From: Tubiluchus corallicola
Taxonomy: Eukaryota; Animalia; Priapulida
Assembly (NCBI GenBank): GCA_030141605.1
Contig: JAQGDQ010000336.1
Coordinates: forward strand, 62,001-126,000
DNA: 64,000 nucleotides
Direction of reading: 5' to 3'
Shown here: positions 1-11,630 of the stretch, one piece after another
How the letters are laid out: every line of letters starts with the position of its first letter
How positions within the stretch are numbered: the stretch's first letter is position 1
The notes under the pieces: model-generated
Told to the model about the DNA's origin: nothing
The model's database searches: none
Seen by the model: the letters and a program-made list of their open reading frames with translations, nothing else
Translations under genes and position numbers: made by a program

Positions 1-1727
1 AATGGTAACCAAGTAATAAAAAACTTTATTGCTTTGTTCAAATCTAATTAATATGCCCAACAAATGACAGCAAAATAATAACATTACATGTTGTTATTTA
101 TTTATCTATTTACTTCTTTATAAATGCAGTTATATATAATTATGTTTCATAGGCCATAAGTTCACTGACTAACAATGGCAAATGTGGATAGCTCTTATAG
201 TAGTTGTCTATATTCGTAGTGTGTAGTGTCAAATGTGAAAAGTGCGTTAAAAACATAAATAATTATAATTAGATATCATGCCTCTTTATGAGACATAAAA
301 ACACAGAAAACTTGTGTTTCATAAGTAGTAGCCATTTGAGTAAACAAAACTGAATGCACTGAAGCACTTAATAGTTTTAATTACTAATGATAGTTTTTCT
401 GTTTTGCTTAAATTGTCTAACCTCAGTATTGTTTTTATCGCTCAAAACAATTTAACAATTTATATGTATCGTATCATACCGTCTAAAAATAGATCATCTT
501 TATCGTACCATTGGAGAAAAGTATTGTGTCATTATCGTATTGCCAAATTTGTATCAACACCCCCTAATTTGATGTTTAAAATCATTTTGTATATTTTGTT
601 GTGGGACAGTTGACTTGGTGACAGGCGTCTCCATTTTACTCCATTTTTCTGTACTAGTTCTTGTGTTCCATAGTCATTAGCGTTATGCTTAACATTATTT
701 GATTAAACACGATTGCATATTTTTGTTTCATTATATTTAGTTTGATTTTATCATGCATATTTTGTCTCATTTACTTTATTATTATTTATCTTTTATTTTT
801 TTCTTTTGGTTTGACTTTATTCTAGTTTGTTTTATGTTTTGATCGGTTAGTTAAATGCTTTACGTATTTTGTTGATCATCATTTCATATTTTTCATTTTA
901 TTTTTAAGCTTCCTTGTTGCATAGCCTATTTAGTTATTTCGCTTTCAAGTTTAATTTCTTCCCCTATAAATTTATGTTAACAGTTGATTTGCTTAACTTA
1001 CTTCATAATTATATTACACTGTTCAAATAGCAGCACAACATTTTTTTTACAATTTACACTTACCTGAGAATTGGTACCTGACTTGATGACCAATTGGGCT
1101 TTCGCTACCCTTTCTCTTGCACCCCCCCTAACTCTTTCCTTTATGCATGATTTAGCCTGTTTAATTAATAACTATAGCAATAATAGCTTATTTGTATTCT
1201 GGTTTAAATCAGGAGATAAATATTAAATAAAATGTCTATCACTCTATGTCTCGTAACAGCTGTCGATCGAAATTTAAGTGAAATAGTGATTATATAATCT
1301 GGTACGCTTATGAAGTATACAAAGTAATTGTGTCTTCAACCTGTTAAAAATATATACTATTAACTTCGCTATTGCCGTATTGGTATGACTATGAGCTTCC
1401 CATTCTGATCATAATGATAGAAAAATTTTGATAAACAGCTGGCCTGCTAAACGCTTAACTCCATACTATTATTTCACTTTTGATAACACTTAAATACTAC
1501 AGAGCTACGTTAGAATTTTACTACAGAAAAGACGAATAGCTATAAATACTAAACATAAATACAAAGTAATTTACTGACTTAGTAAATTTTCCAATGTATC
1601 ACCAGACGCCATATTCGTCGTATTTAGGCCTAGTGAAATCTCGCATTAAAAATACGCTGCAAATTGATAGCACTACGACTACGTCTGTCAAAAGGCAAAA
1701 GCTTGTAAATTGAATGTCTAAACTCTA

Positions 1728-1863
1728 AAGTTACGGTTAAATGGAAGTTCTTTAACCTTTTTATTGTATAAAGTATTGTAAATTTCCTTCTGAAGCCGTT
1801 TAAGGTTATGGCTAAATGAAAATTCTTAACCTTCTGTATAAAGTAGTGTAAATTACATTCTAA
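1728..1863. repeat. Degenerate ~70 bp tandem duplication
   Basis: ..GGTTAAATGGAAGTTCTTTAACCTT..TGTATAAAGTATTGTAAATT.. is repeated as ..GGCTAAATGAAAATTCTTAACCTT..TGTATAAAGTAGTGTAAATT.. Confidence 0.75.
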
Positions 1864-2560
1864 ATAATTAAAGCCACGCGAATAACCAGGTCAGCATCCA
1901 TATTGAAATATGTAACATGTCATTGTACTAATTATATCATTTATTTGCAGATACATTGTGTTAATCCATGTGCGACGTTTAACTATGTACATATCATCTT
2001 AATAATAGTAAATAAATTGTTGTCATACATCATGGTGCTTTAATTCGTTGTTAACTGCTTTTATTTCCACAACCAATAAACAAAAATTAATGTCGATCTA
2101 CAACAGCGTTAAACTGTAGATTAAATTAAATTGTAACTAACTGCTATTAAACTTTTGAGAGTTTTCCTTTAACAAAATAAACTAAAAAAAACCTGATGCA
2201 TTTAAATCTCTCGACCTAGTGTAAAAATGGGCACAAAGTTTTAGAGTGCTCAAAAGCATGCATTATGAGCAACCTGCATAATTTGGTATTTCAAGCATCT
2301 CAAGGTTTTCTGGGCATCCCGTAAACCAGTAGGCGCATAAGCTAGGGAGGTGTTTCTCTTTATTAGTAATTGTTGAGCCTGTTGGCTTCAAATCGCAATT
2401 GATTGTTTCATGAAGTTTTAGGCTCTGGTGCTACGTTGTTGTCGGTTTTCTCTAGTGTCGTATCAGGATGACTCTCGCTCATTGAACATTCATTGATTCA
2501 TTGCAGTTGCACTAACTTGTTGTTAATCTGACTGAGTCGCCAATTTGTATTTTATTATTC

Positions 2561-2773
2561 TGACAACGAACCTCAAAGTTTAAAGTCTAGTCTGAGATCT
2601 TGCAACAATCATATATCTACGCAAAGTGCCAGCTGGCGTCCAACAGACAGACAATTCATCACAATGAACCTCAAAAACTTTGTCTGTCTGTTGGACGCCA
2701 GTTGGCACTTTGCGTAGATATAAGATTGTTGCAAGATCTTAGACAAGACTTTAAACTTTGAGGTTCGTTGTTA
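2561..2773. repeat. Long inverted repeat (~94 bp arms, ~25 nt loop)
   Basis: 2561-2654 is the reverse complement of ~2680-2773 with about 5 mismatches. Confidence 0.93.
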
Positions 2774-5523
2774 GTTGTCTGCCTGTTGATATGTCAGTGA
2801 GCCTATATTTACAGATATGTGATTTTTGCAGACAATTTAAGGCAGTGTCGGGCCGGACAAAGCAAGGCAAAGCAAAACAAGGCAAGGAGCGCGAAGCATG
2901 TGCCCTGCTTATGGTTCACCTGGGGCAATGCTTGTTCTGCTCTTGATCAGGTTTGAGCGTGAAGCCCAGAAGTACAATTTAAACAATTTTGTTATTTTGT
3001 TTACTAAATGGCGTCATCTCTGTCTATTAATGTCAAAATTTTGGGGGTCTATCAAAATTTATGGTCTAAGGTTATATCCTTATTAGCCTAATGGTTAATC
3101 CACCCCTGTTCTTATCTGAACTGCAAGAACATTCCTAAAATCAATGTACCTATCTTTAACTGGTATTGCGACTACGTACAGCCAAAAACGAATGTACACG
3201 ATCACATTATCGGAACAGCAACTACATAATCGATATCACAAATCACTGAACAGCACTTTCTAAACTTTTGCCTATACCGTTACAGTTACTGAAAACAAGG
3301 AGCAGTTAATTTCAATGCCGGTTCAGCAGTTGCAAGAAAGCACTAAACTTTTTTCCAGTAAACAGTAACCACAAATTCGCTATAAATGGATCTTCCTCAA
3401 TGCTTTTTTGGGTACTGAATTAGTGTAAGTCACACCATAGACTAATAGTAGGGTGGATATCCGGCATACCAGAATAAATTGTTCAACCAAAGACAAAAGC
3501 AAGAAAACGATTAATTTTTTACCAAAAATTTTGTAATAGTGGCCAACTTTCTTGTCACCATAATTAAACCCTTTGTGATATTCGAATTTCGGCCTACGTT
3601 TGACATATTATTCCCCGGACCAAATATTATAAGAAAACACCATAAATCGTTTAATTTCTTGCATTTTTTGGGGTAAATCAGCAGACTGACGCTACTATAA
3701 GTTGAATTTAATAGAATACAATCATAATTATTATAGTGAGTCATCAATTTGTCGTAGCAGTGCAAAATGACTTCAAAGCATTAAAGTGCATCTTTTTAAT
3801 TCGTGAATTTGTGGTGATGCTCACGTATTTCTATTTCTCGTACATTACTACAATGCCTGGTCTCCAGGTTGCAATCTGATGAGAAAGAGACAAGCTAAAA
3901 TTAGTGCATAATTGCATTGAATCAACAGTTGCTAGATGTGTAACCATTGTATCTGTTTCGTGGTCAACTAATGTATTATCTGGGTGTAACTTACACTTTT
4001 GATATTTTTGCAAGGTGTTGAACAAAGACAAAGAGCTTTCTAAACTCGCCAACATCGGTGGCCCTTTATTGAAGATGTAAAGCAAAAAGTTACACATTTA
4101 AAATGCACATTGCTTCAAATGTTATGTCAAAATACTTTGACTTTAAAAAAAGCTTTCACAGAAAAGGGCACATTATCAGGTTTCCTTTTTGAAAAATATC
4201 TTGACAGATTCACTTAACCATATACGGATGGATTCATCAATTAAAAAATTCTCTTAACAGTAACTACACCATAGAAAATAATGCCTCTTCAAGGGCAAAA
4301 ACTTGCAAGGTAAGTGTTCTAGTCGTAATCCATCCATATCTCGGCGTTTACTCCTATTTCTGAATAAAAGGCTTTCAATACATTTGCATGAATTCAGATC
4401 TTGAATTTTTTTCATTAATAACCGTTTTCACAGTAAATGCTCTTTGGAGATCTGACGGTTGAGTCACCATAACGTTATACACATGCCTGAATCCAACAAC
4501 TTGGGAACTTTTGATGGATGACAGGCAGTGAGCTGCTTGAGGATTTAGTTTCTTGCTGGCATCCATGGCACACAGTGGTAGGCATAACCTTCGTATTGAT
4601 CATGACCATATAATTTTACTCTTTACTTTTGCTCATGTACAAAATGTATATATTTATTTTTATCCCTAATAAATAATAAATAAATAAATAAATAAACTTT
4701 ATATGCATTGTAAGATAAGACTGATTATAAGATTATAAGATTGACATATCATATTAGTCAGTGATATAATCTGTAAAATTAATTTCGGTGTTTGTAAGAT
4801 TCGAGAGTACATCACTAATGACGGTATCATTTTCGGCGATCTATATATCAATCTCGATCTAGTGCCGTCTTATTGGGTTTTTTCAAAACGTGCCCACCGG
4901 GAGGAAGGGGGGGGGGGGTGAAAACCTCCAAAAATGGCCATGGTGTGATGCCTATAATGGTCAGATAGCCCGTTCAGTGGTGTGTATAGTAGGCGTATTT
5001 AGAATTCGCCGGAGAGCCTTGGTTTCCCATAACAGAAGTTCTTCCGGACCCAACTCTTGAAATGTTGCCTGAATATTATGTAGAAAAAACGTTCCAGCGG
5101 CCCCTGGTGGTGGTCCTGGGCGAAGATTTGTAGTTTTCTGGAAAGAGGAGTAATAGGGCTACACGATGATGTCGGTCTTTTCTTAGGCAACGGGAGGAGC
5201 GGCGACGAGTTGATTGGAGGTTACATTTTGGGCGACTCTCGCTTGGAAAACTGCGAACGCGAAGACATTGTTCTGGCACCATTCCTTTGTACTCTGCCTA
5301 TAATTTTGCTTCAGTAAAAGCTGCTGTTGTCTGTTTTAATGGAAGTGTTATACTATTAGTCTATTGCATTCTATTACGATCAAAAGGAGTATTGTAGTTT
5401 ACAAACACTATGTAGCATATCCATGCATTATTGATCAATTATTTGGTCTAATAGCATACAGTTTCAACCTTGGACAAAATGGTTTCGCTTTTCTGCTGTA
5501 CTGTTTGCGTTGGTGTTATAGGT

Positions 5524-5800
5524 GTCATCATCGTCATATCATCATCATCATCGTCACCGTCATCATGATCACCATGTGATGTGGTGGGTTTTGAAGGGTG
5601 TGGTGGTATGGCGAGTATGCTACAGATGGTATGGTGTGGTGGTCATTATGTGGTGAGGTGTGGGTGGTGTGCTTTGGGTGATGTGGTGGGTGTGTTATAG
5701 TGTGATGGGGGTTGTGTAGTGGGTGTGGCATGGTGAGGTGTGGTGGGTGTGGAATGGCTTGGTGTGTGTGGAGGAGTGTTGTGGAGCAGCGTAGTTTGGG
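5524..5800. repeat. Low-complexity (CAT)n followed by GTGGT-rich degenerate repeat
   Basis: Directly visible; explains the His/Pro-rich ORF on the minus strand. Confidence 0.85.
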
Positions 5801-6019
5801 TTGCCATTGTGGGTTTATGTGTAAAATTTTTTGCGGGTTTTGGCGAGTTTATTAATAGTCTATAAATTCTAAAGTGAGCAAATGTATTTAGCCAAATAAT
5901 GGTTAAAAAAGGTAGATGAACACTGTATGGAACATCTGTACATTATTGATTATAAATCTACTTAATGAACAAATATTTTGTGAGACTTCTTGATAGTCTG
6001 TATAATACCAGTACAGGCA

Positions 6020-6132
6020 CATTTTGTGTGTTTGCTTGTTTATCTTTGTGCTATTTTTTTAATCAAAAGAATCAAAAGTTCAAGATTGTTCGGATTTGGC
6101 GGAGATCTGCTTCCTACTGAGCGCATTCTAGT
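6020..6132 (+). mobile_element. Possible non-autonomous Helitron/Helentron-like relic
   Basis: Ends GGCGGAGATCTGCTTCCTACTGAGCGCATTCTAGT (subterminal hairpin-like segment + CTAGT), with a GTTT-type tract upstream. Confidence 0.45.
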
Positions 6133-6167
6133 GTTATTATAGAAATCAATTGCATCAATATAACATA

Positions 6168-6307
6168 TTTGCCATTTTTTCTACTTTTCCATTTGTGCCA
6201 CTTTTCCTGTGCCATTTTTCCCGTGTCATTTTACCAACTTTTCCAATTGTGGAATTTTTTCCTGTGCCATTTTTTCCTATGGCATTTTTACCGTGCTATT
6301 TTACCGC
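6168..6307. repeat. ~14-15 bp minisatellite (GTGCCATTTTTTCC-like)
   Basis: About 8-9 degenerate copies in tandem. Confidence 0.8.
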
Positions 6308-7899
6308 TTACTGTAAAAAGATTATATATTATTTCAAGACTAATTTTTTGTGTTCAGCGTTTATAAGGACCATGTAAAAAGTTTACGATGATTTTACCTA
6401 GCGGTTTATTTTTGTTTTAGAAAATACTAGAAGACTGCATTAAAAAGGCTGGAAAAGCTCATGCACGCCTTTACAATCAAAGCTGCCCTTTTTTATTTGA
6501 AAACGCCGTTGAAGCGTTAACGTGTTTTTCAACGCAAAAATTTCCCGTGCTCAAATTTTGACGAAAGGACTACTTTGGCCTTAGGAACACTTCTTAAAGA
6601 GTGCGCCTGGAACACATGTACTTCTGATGTCAGTACAGTGCACCAGACAAAAAAAATAGAATTTGGGTTAAGATCTATAAATTAAACTTTATACATTTTG
6701 TGCAGCTAAAAGGACTGGTCTTCGAAGGCAGGCAAAAATTTCTCTCGCATAGGTCTATTGTTATAGGGTGCTCGGTATGCTCGTCAGAGTTTGACCGAGG
6801 GAGATTGTTGAAACACCTTGAGCATTAAATTTTGACTATCCATGGCCTAGCTTTCCAGCTATTGTAATTGGTATCCAATTAGCTAATATACAGTGCTAGT
6901 CATAATTACGTTTGTCACGCATCGTGCATGAACTTTGAACTGTATATATTTTTGGGAGCCTCAAATAAGCCCGTTAAAAAGGATCACACTCGTTAAATGA
7001 GTCTGCCCTATATATTGTTACATTGTTTTGGGTTATTTCATCCTAGGGTATAAACAATGCGTATTCTAAATTTTTAAATTTTTAAGAAAAAAAACGAATT
7101 CCTTGACAATAGTAAATGCTTTCCTTTATTTTATCAGCATAGCAGGATGTGCCGGATTCAAGCACATTAGTAATTCTATTCTAGCTTATACAATTCGGAA
7201 TCCATCATTTAAAAGCAGGTCCTATTGGTAGACGTGCAGGACTGGCAAGGCTATAAGAAATCTGTCTAAGATGTACCACATCTGGCAGAAGTATCTATAA
7301 ACCACGTGCAGATATGCGTGAATGTGAGATCCTCCCTCTGCGAGGTAAATCAATTAGCTAGCTAGAATTAAGATAGCGAATGAAACCGCCCATGCAGAGC
7401 GAAAACCGAAGGGTCCACCAATGGTCCCAAACATTAACTGATCAGACTTGGCTTTCTTAGCTTTGGTCAGCAAGCAGGACGGCGATCATGTATGCTACTC
7501 GCTTCAAAACTTATCCTTAAAAAACAGGCTAACATCTTGCAAGCTTATGTACATTCGCAAAACTTGTTTCCATCTATTTTATATCAACCGTTTCAATTTT
7601 CAAGGGTCCTATAAAATTTAATGCAGCATATAGTAATTCATATAACCCGTCTATTATTTTTTCGGCAAGAATATAACAGTTTTAACTTTTCGTTTTAATT
7701 GGGAGCGAGTTAATAATAATTGCGCAAGAAGGCTGAGCAAAATTAAGCCTATTTCTAATGCAGACTGAAATTTAGGGTCGGATTGGAACGACTGTCTGTG
7801 TTCGTTTCTTGTTTGATACAGTACACTATCTTCGTACTTGAGGCACCATTTTGCAAGACTTCGTTGGAGAAGGAGAAATCGTTATTGGTATTTGGTAAT

Positions 7900-8125
7900 G
7901 CACTAGTGGTTATACGTCAGCAGATATGGGCGGTGATGCTTGTTAGGCTGCGCGGTATTGAACTGCGCAACAGAGCTGGTTTGACTTGCTATTTTCAGGC
8001 TGACCTGATTTGTACTTTAGACGTCTGTCGGCCATTCTGTGTTGTTTTTCAAGGATTATGTTGCTTCGGAAACATTTTCCATTTTTCAATCGATAGACAA
8101 GTGCGAGTAAAGGAAGATACTGGAG
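7900..8125 (+). promoter_or_regulatory. Probable promoter region and non-coding first exon of GW182/TNRC6 (5' boundary approximate)
   Basis: Locally CpG-enriched stretch (~7770-8450) with a strong donor GAG|GTAAGT at 8125/8126. The next exon (11503-11630) begins with an acceptor and has an in-frame stop upstream of the ATG, so an upstream non-coding exon is expected. Confidence 0.55.
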
Positions 8126-9189
8126 GTAAGTTTCTTATTTTATCTAAAATTCATTATTTTGTTAAGTTAGGTTGGACCATTGCATTTCAGCTTGAAGCAT
8201 AATTTCTGCGGCGTAGCGTAGTTCTACATGCTAGCGGTTTGTTGACAGAATCTTACTGTTTCCTCGATCTTTCCAATTGACGTTGAAATTATTTGTGTTT
8301 CTTATGATTTCTGTTGCCATTTGAGTCGCGTTATTAGTGAAATTTTGAGCTTATGCACATTTCTCTGTTTGTAAATAACGTTGTATAATGTGCGTTCTAA
8401 AAAAGAGGCGGGGCTGCTAAGCTTGCTATATTGACAGTACTGTTTGCTGCTGCTAGTTGTGTGTGCTGTATTTAGATGTACGCTTCAGTGCTGCGCAAAA
8501 GTTGTCTGTATCGGCAGACATATTGGCGTATGTTACACAGCAGTGTTGCAGTATTTTGAATGTACGGGCTTTACTATAAATATCTGAGTTTATCTCTACC
8601 TTGATTTGCCCTACGTGGCTAGTGTTTGTGTTAAGCAAAAAAGTGCATTGCAGTTTTTATTGTAGCAATATTATATTAAATTGGACTTTGATGGCTATTT
8701 AAATTGTTTATTTAAAAAACGTTAATTTCGAAAAATGTTATCGTTTCTTTTAATTTGGAATAGAAAGCATGTGTTATTAAATTAGTAACCTTATTTTGCA
8801 TGTGAAACACAATGCATTCGTGTTTCTTATGTTTTTGTGCTTGTTTATTTTAAATATTCTGCTTAATCAGGATGCAAATTTAATGTTTGTCGTCCCAGAA
8901 ATTTTGTTAAATCTGCCCGAGGACAGCAGAAGTCGTTTATACTGGTTCCCTTGGCCGGTAAACTAAGCTTGGCATATTTACTACACATTTATATTAATGA
9001 AACTTTGTATCTTTTTTGAGGAGACGTTCGCAGCAATGCCCTGTTTACACAAAATTGTATAATGCTTACAGCATGGTTTAAATTAATTTGGTTGCCTATG
9101 AAGTATATAAACAGTAAATCACGAAAAGTTTTCGCTGGCGTGTTACTACGAGGACGCTGCTGTGTTAATGACATTTTAGCTCGTTCATT

Positions 9190-11450
9190 CAGTTCAGCAT
9201 AGTGTGGCTAAACCTTTTCATTTCAAGGTGACCAGTCAAAGACTGCAGCTTGACTGAAAAGAAAAAATAATTTAAAACCAAACTTGTAATTCCAATCTCA
9301 CAATGCCTCTTCATGATGCTGTTGAGAAAACGTTCACCAAAATCGATCCTTTGAAACAATAGTCTTCTCACACACTTCTCATCAGAAACATCATCCCAAA
9401 CAATCTTTTCTCTGTCATTTTCATAAGCTTTTCATTTGCATAATCATATGCTCCAAAGTTTCCAACTCTGATCTTGTTTACCATTTATTACTAAAACTCC
9501 AATTCATGCTTTTGCCAACTCAGTATTATCATTGATCCAACTTTCTAAGAAAGGTCTTGGTTTTTTAATCATATAGTTGCCAGCCGTAGAACAGGTTTCA
9601 AGTTTCCTTTTCCAGTGTTGTAAATCCTTTTCTCAATTAATTCATTCCAACCCTGTCGTTGAGATTTATATCAGTTATTTTCTCTAGATCATCACAAAAC
9701 TTTCCTAATGCCAAAATGTTACTAAAAACCTCCAAACCAAATTTACCTGTTCATTCAGATTGTATCCTGCTAACCACTGTAAATGTTATTACCTTTTAAC
9801 AAGTCAATTTAAATACATTAACCATGCTTCAGCATCACTCTCTATGAAAGAAGAAAACCCAACTTCGAATCTTACCACTGCACTACTACATTCCCTAGCT
9901 TTCCATCTGGTAAAATTTTCCTGCAGGCTATTGCAAAAGTTTACATCCTTTTGATAAAATTTTTCCAACATAACCAAACAAATTTCCACCCAGTTCTCCC
10001 CATTTCTTTTCTTGAATTGGCTAATTTAGCAGTATATTTTAATGCCCCAGTAGTCTTCCTCAGTATTGGAATTTGTTCTATCCAGCTATCTTTACTTTCA
10101 CTCTCTCTAAGTAATGGACCAAAATATTTATTTACTTTGAGTACACAAACATCTTCGGCTAACTTTAATAATTTACTCATGTCTTGTTTTTCCTCTGCAA
10201 TAAGTATTACATCATCAGCAAAGACCAAAACATTAATAAGTAAATCTTCTTACAAATAAAAACCTTCATTAAGACTATCTAACACATCTAGTAATGCATG
10301 CATGTACAAAGAAAAAGGGACAGATGACATTGGGTAACCTTGTCTTACCCCTGCTGTTACTTCAATTTTTTTGCCTCTCCAAGACATCCTCAATTTCAGT
10401 CTCAGAGTACTAATCTTTCCAAAATTCTACAAAATTTTTCTCAACACCCAGTATCTTCAACATTTGCTATAAATTATTTCTATTAACTCTTTTCCAGATT
10501 TAACAAATGATCCATGGTTTTCTGCTTTTAGCTTTAGCTATTTCCCTTAGCAGAGTAAAAATTTTTATGATCCAGCTATGTTTCAATTTTCTATCTTTTG
10601 CACATCAGATACCTTCCACTGCACTAAGTAATCTATCCTTCAAAATCCTAGACAAAAGTTTATCCAATACTAATGTATTTTAATAATTTTCCACTCAACA
10701 TCTTCACTTTTATGAACCAAACTAACCAAATCACTTTTCCACAAGCAAAATATACATTTAGAAGCCATAATATTGTTAAGGTCTGTTCTCAAAAGATTAT
10801 TTGCCTTTTCGCTTAAGCCTATCAGAAATTCACCAAAAGCTTTTCCGATTCGTTAACAGCAATTTTTTGCATAAACTCCGAATGTACTAATTGTTGCTTC
10901 AAAAACAATGAGATAGCTCATCTACTTGTTCTTGGAACTTACCCCAATCAGTTTCATCTATTAATTTTGATTCGCTTGTCCACTCTTACCTGTTTGTCGA
11001 TGATTACGCACAAATCCATTACTAATAATGTCAGCTGTTACTACAGAATAATCTGTACCACATCTCCATTCCCCACAAAATTTTGTAATCATTGATGTAC
11101 TTAAATTAAAAGTCATTTGTTAGGGCATAATCTACCGTGAAATGTTTAAACCATGTGACACGAAATTTTTTCAATAGTTCTCCATTAGCATTAGCTTCTC
11201 CCTGCAAAAGTCAGCTATATGACCATTAAAATTGCCAAAAACTAAGCACCTACAGTTCTTAACCAAACATAATAACAACCTCTGTGCTTCTATTAATCTC
11301 CTGTTTTTTGGGAAGATTATCTATGTCATTAATACCTTAGTACGTTGTTCCTGTTAGTCATCTGTTCCATTCCATTGTAAACTTCTGTTTCTAAATCTTT
11401 TCAACACTTATCCATTTCCCACAGAAAAAAACTTCTAAACTTGCACCCTG
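9190..11450 (-). mobile_element. Decayed non-LTR retrotransposon (APE endonuclease + RT), antisense within GW182 intron 1
   Basis: Minus-strand motifs in the correct order: LVFGNFNGHI (~11250-11220, GDFNAH-like), VDYALTN (~11135), GVRQGYPMSSVPFSLYM (~10350-10300), VFADDVILIA (~10225). Many stops and frameshifts; ends approximate. Confidence 0.85.
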
Positions 11451-11596
11451 ATAAATATATAAAATTTTATGTATTCTTATAACAAGCATTGTTATTTTGT
11501 AGCCTGTAAAAGGTTTCGAGGGTTGAGCTATTTAGGCCATTTGTGGCAACGCAAGCTGAGCCTTTCAGTGGACAGCAAGTACATGAGTCAAAGGAC

Positions 11597-11630
11597 ATGA
11601 ATACACAAGCTGTTAAAAGACCTATTACAG
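11597..11630 (+). CDS. TNRC6: GW182 first coding segment ([12 protein letters not shown])
   Basis: Acceptor ttttgtag at 11502; in-frame TAA at 11507; ATG 11597; donor CAG|GTTAGT in phase 1 matches the phase-1 acceptor at 12842. Confidence 0.7.

Noticed and set aside
5534-5731. His/Pro-rich ORF resembling a histidine-rich peptide
   Set aside because: Arises from a low-complexity GTGGT/CAT repeat; no signal peptide or splice support.
6168-6307. CRISPR-like repeat array
   Set aside because: Eukaryotic context, degenerate adjacent units without unique spacers, no cas genes.
7783-8202. 139-aa ORF at the GW182 promoter
   Set aside because: Non-ATG start, runs through a strong splice donor, no recognisable domain.
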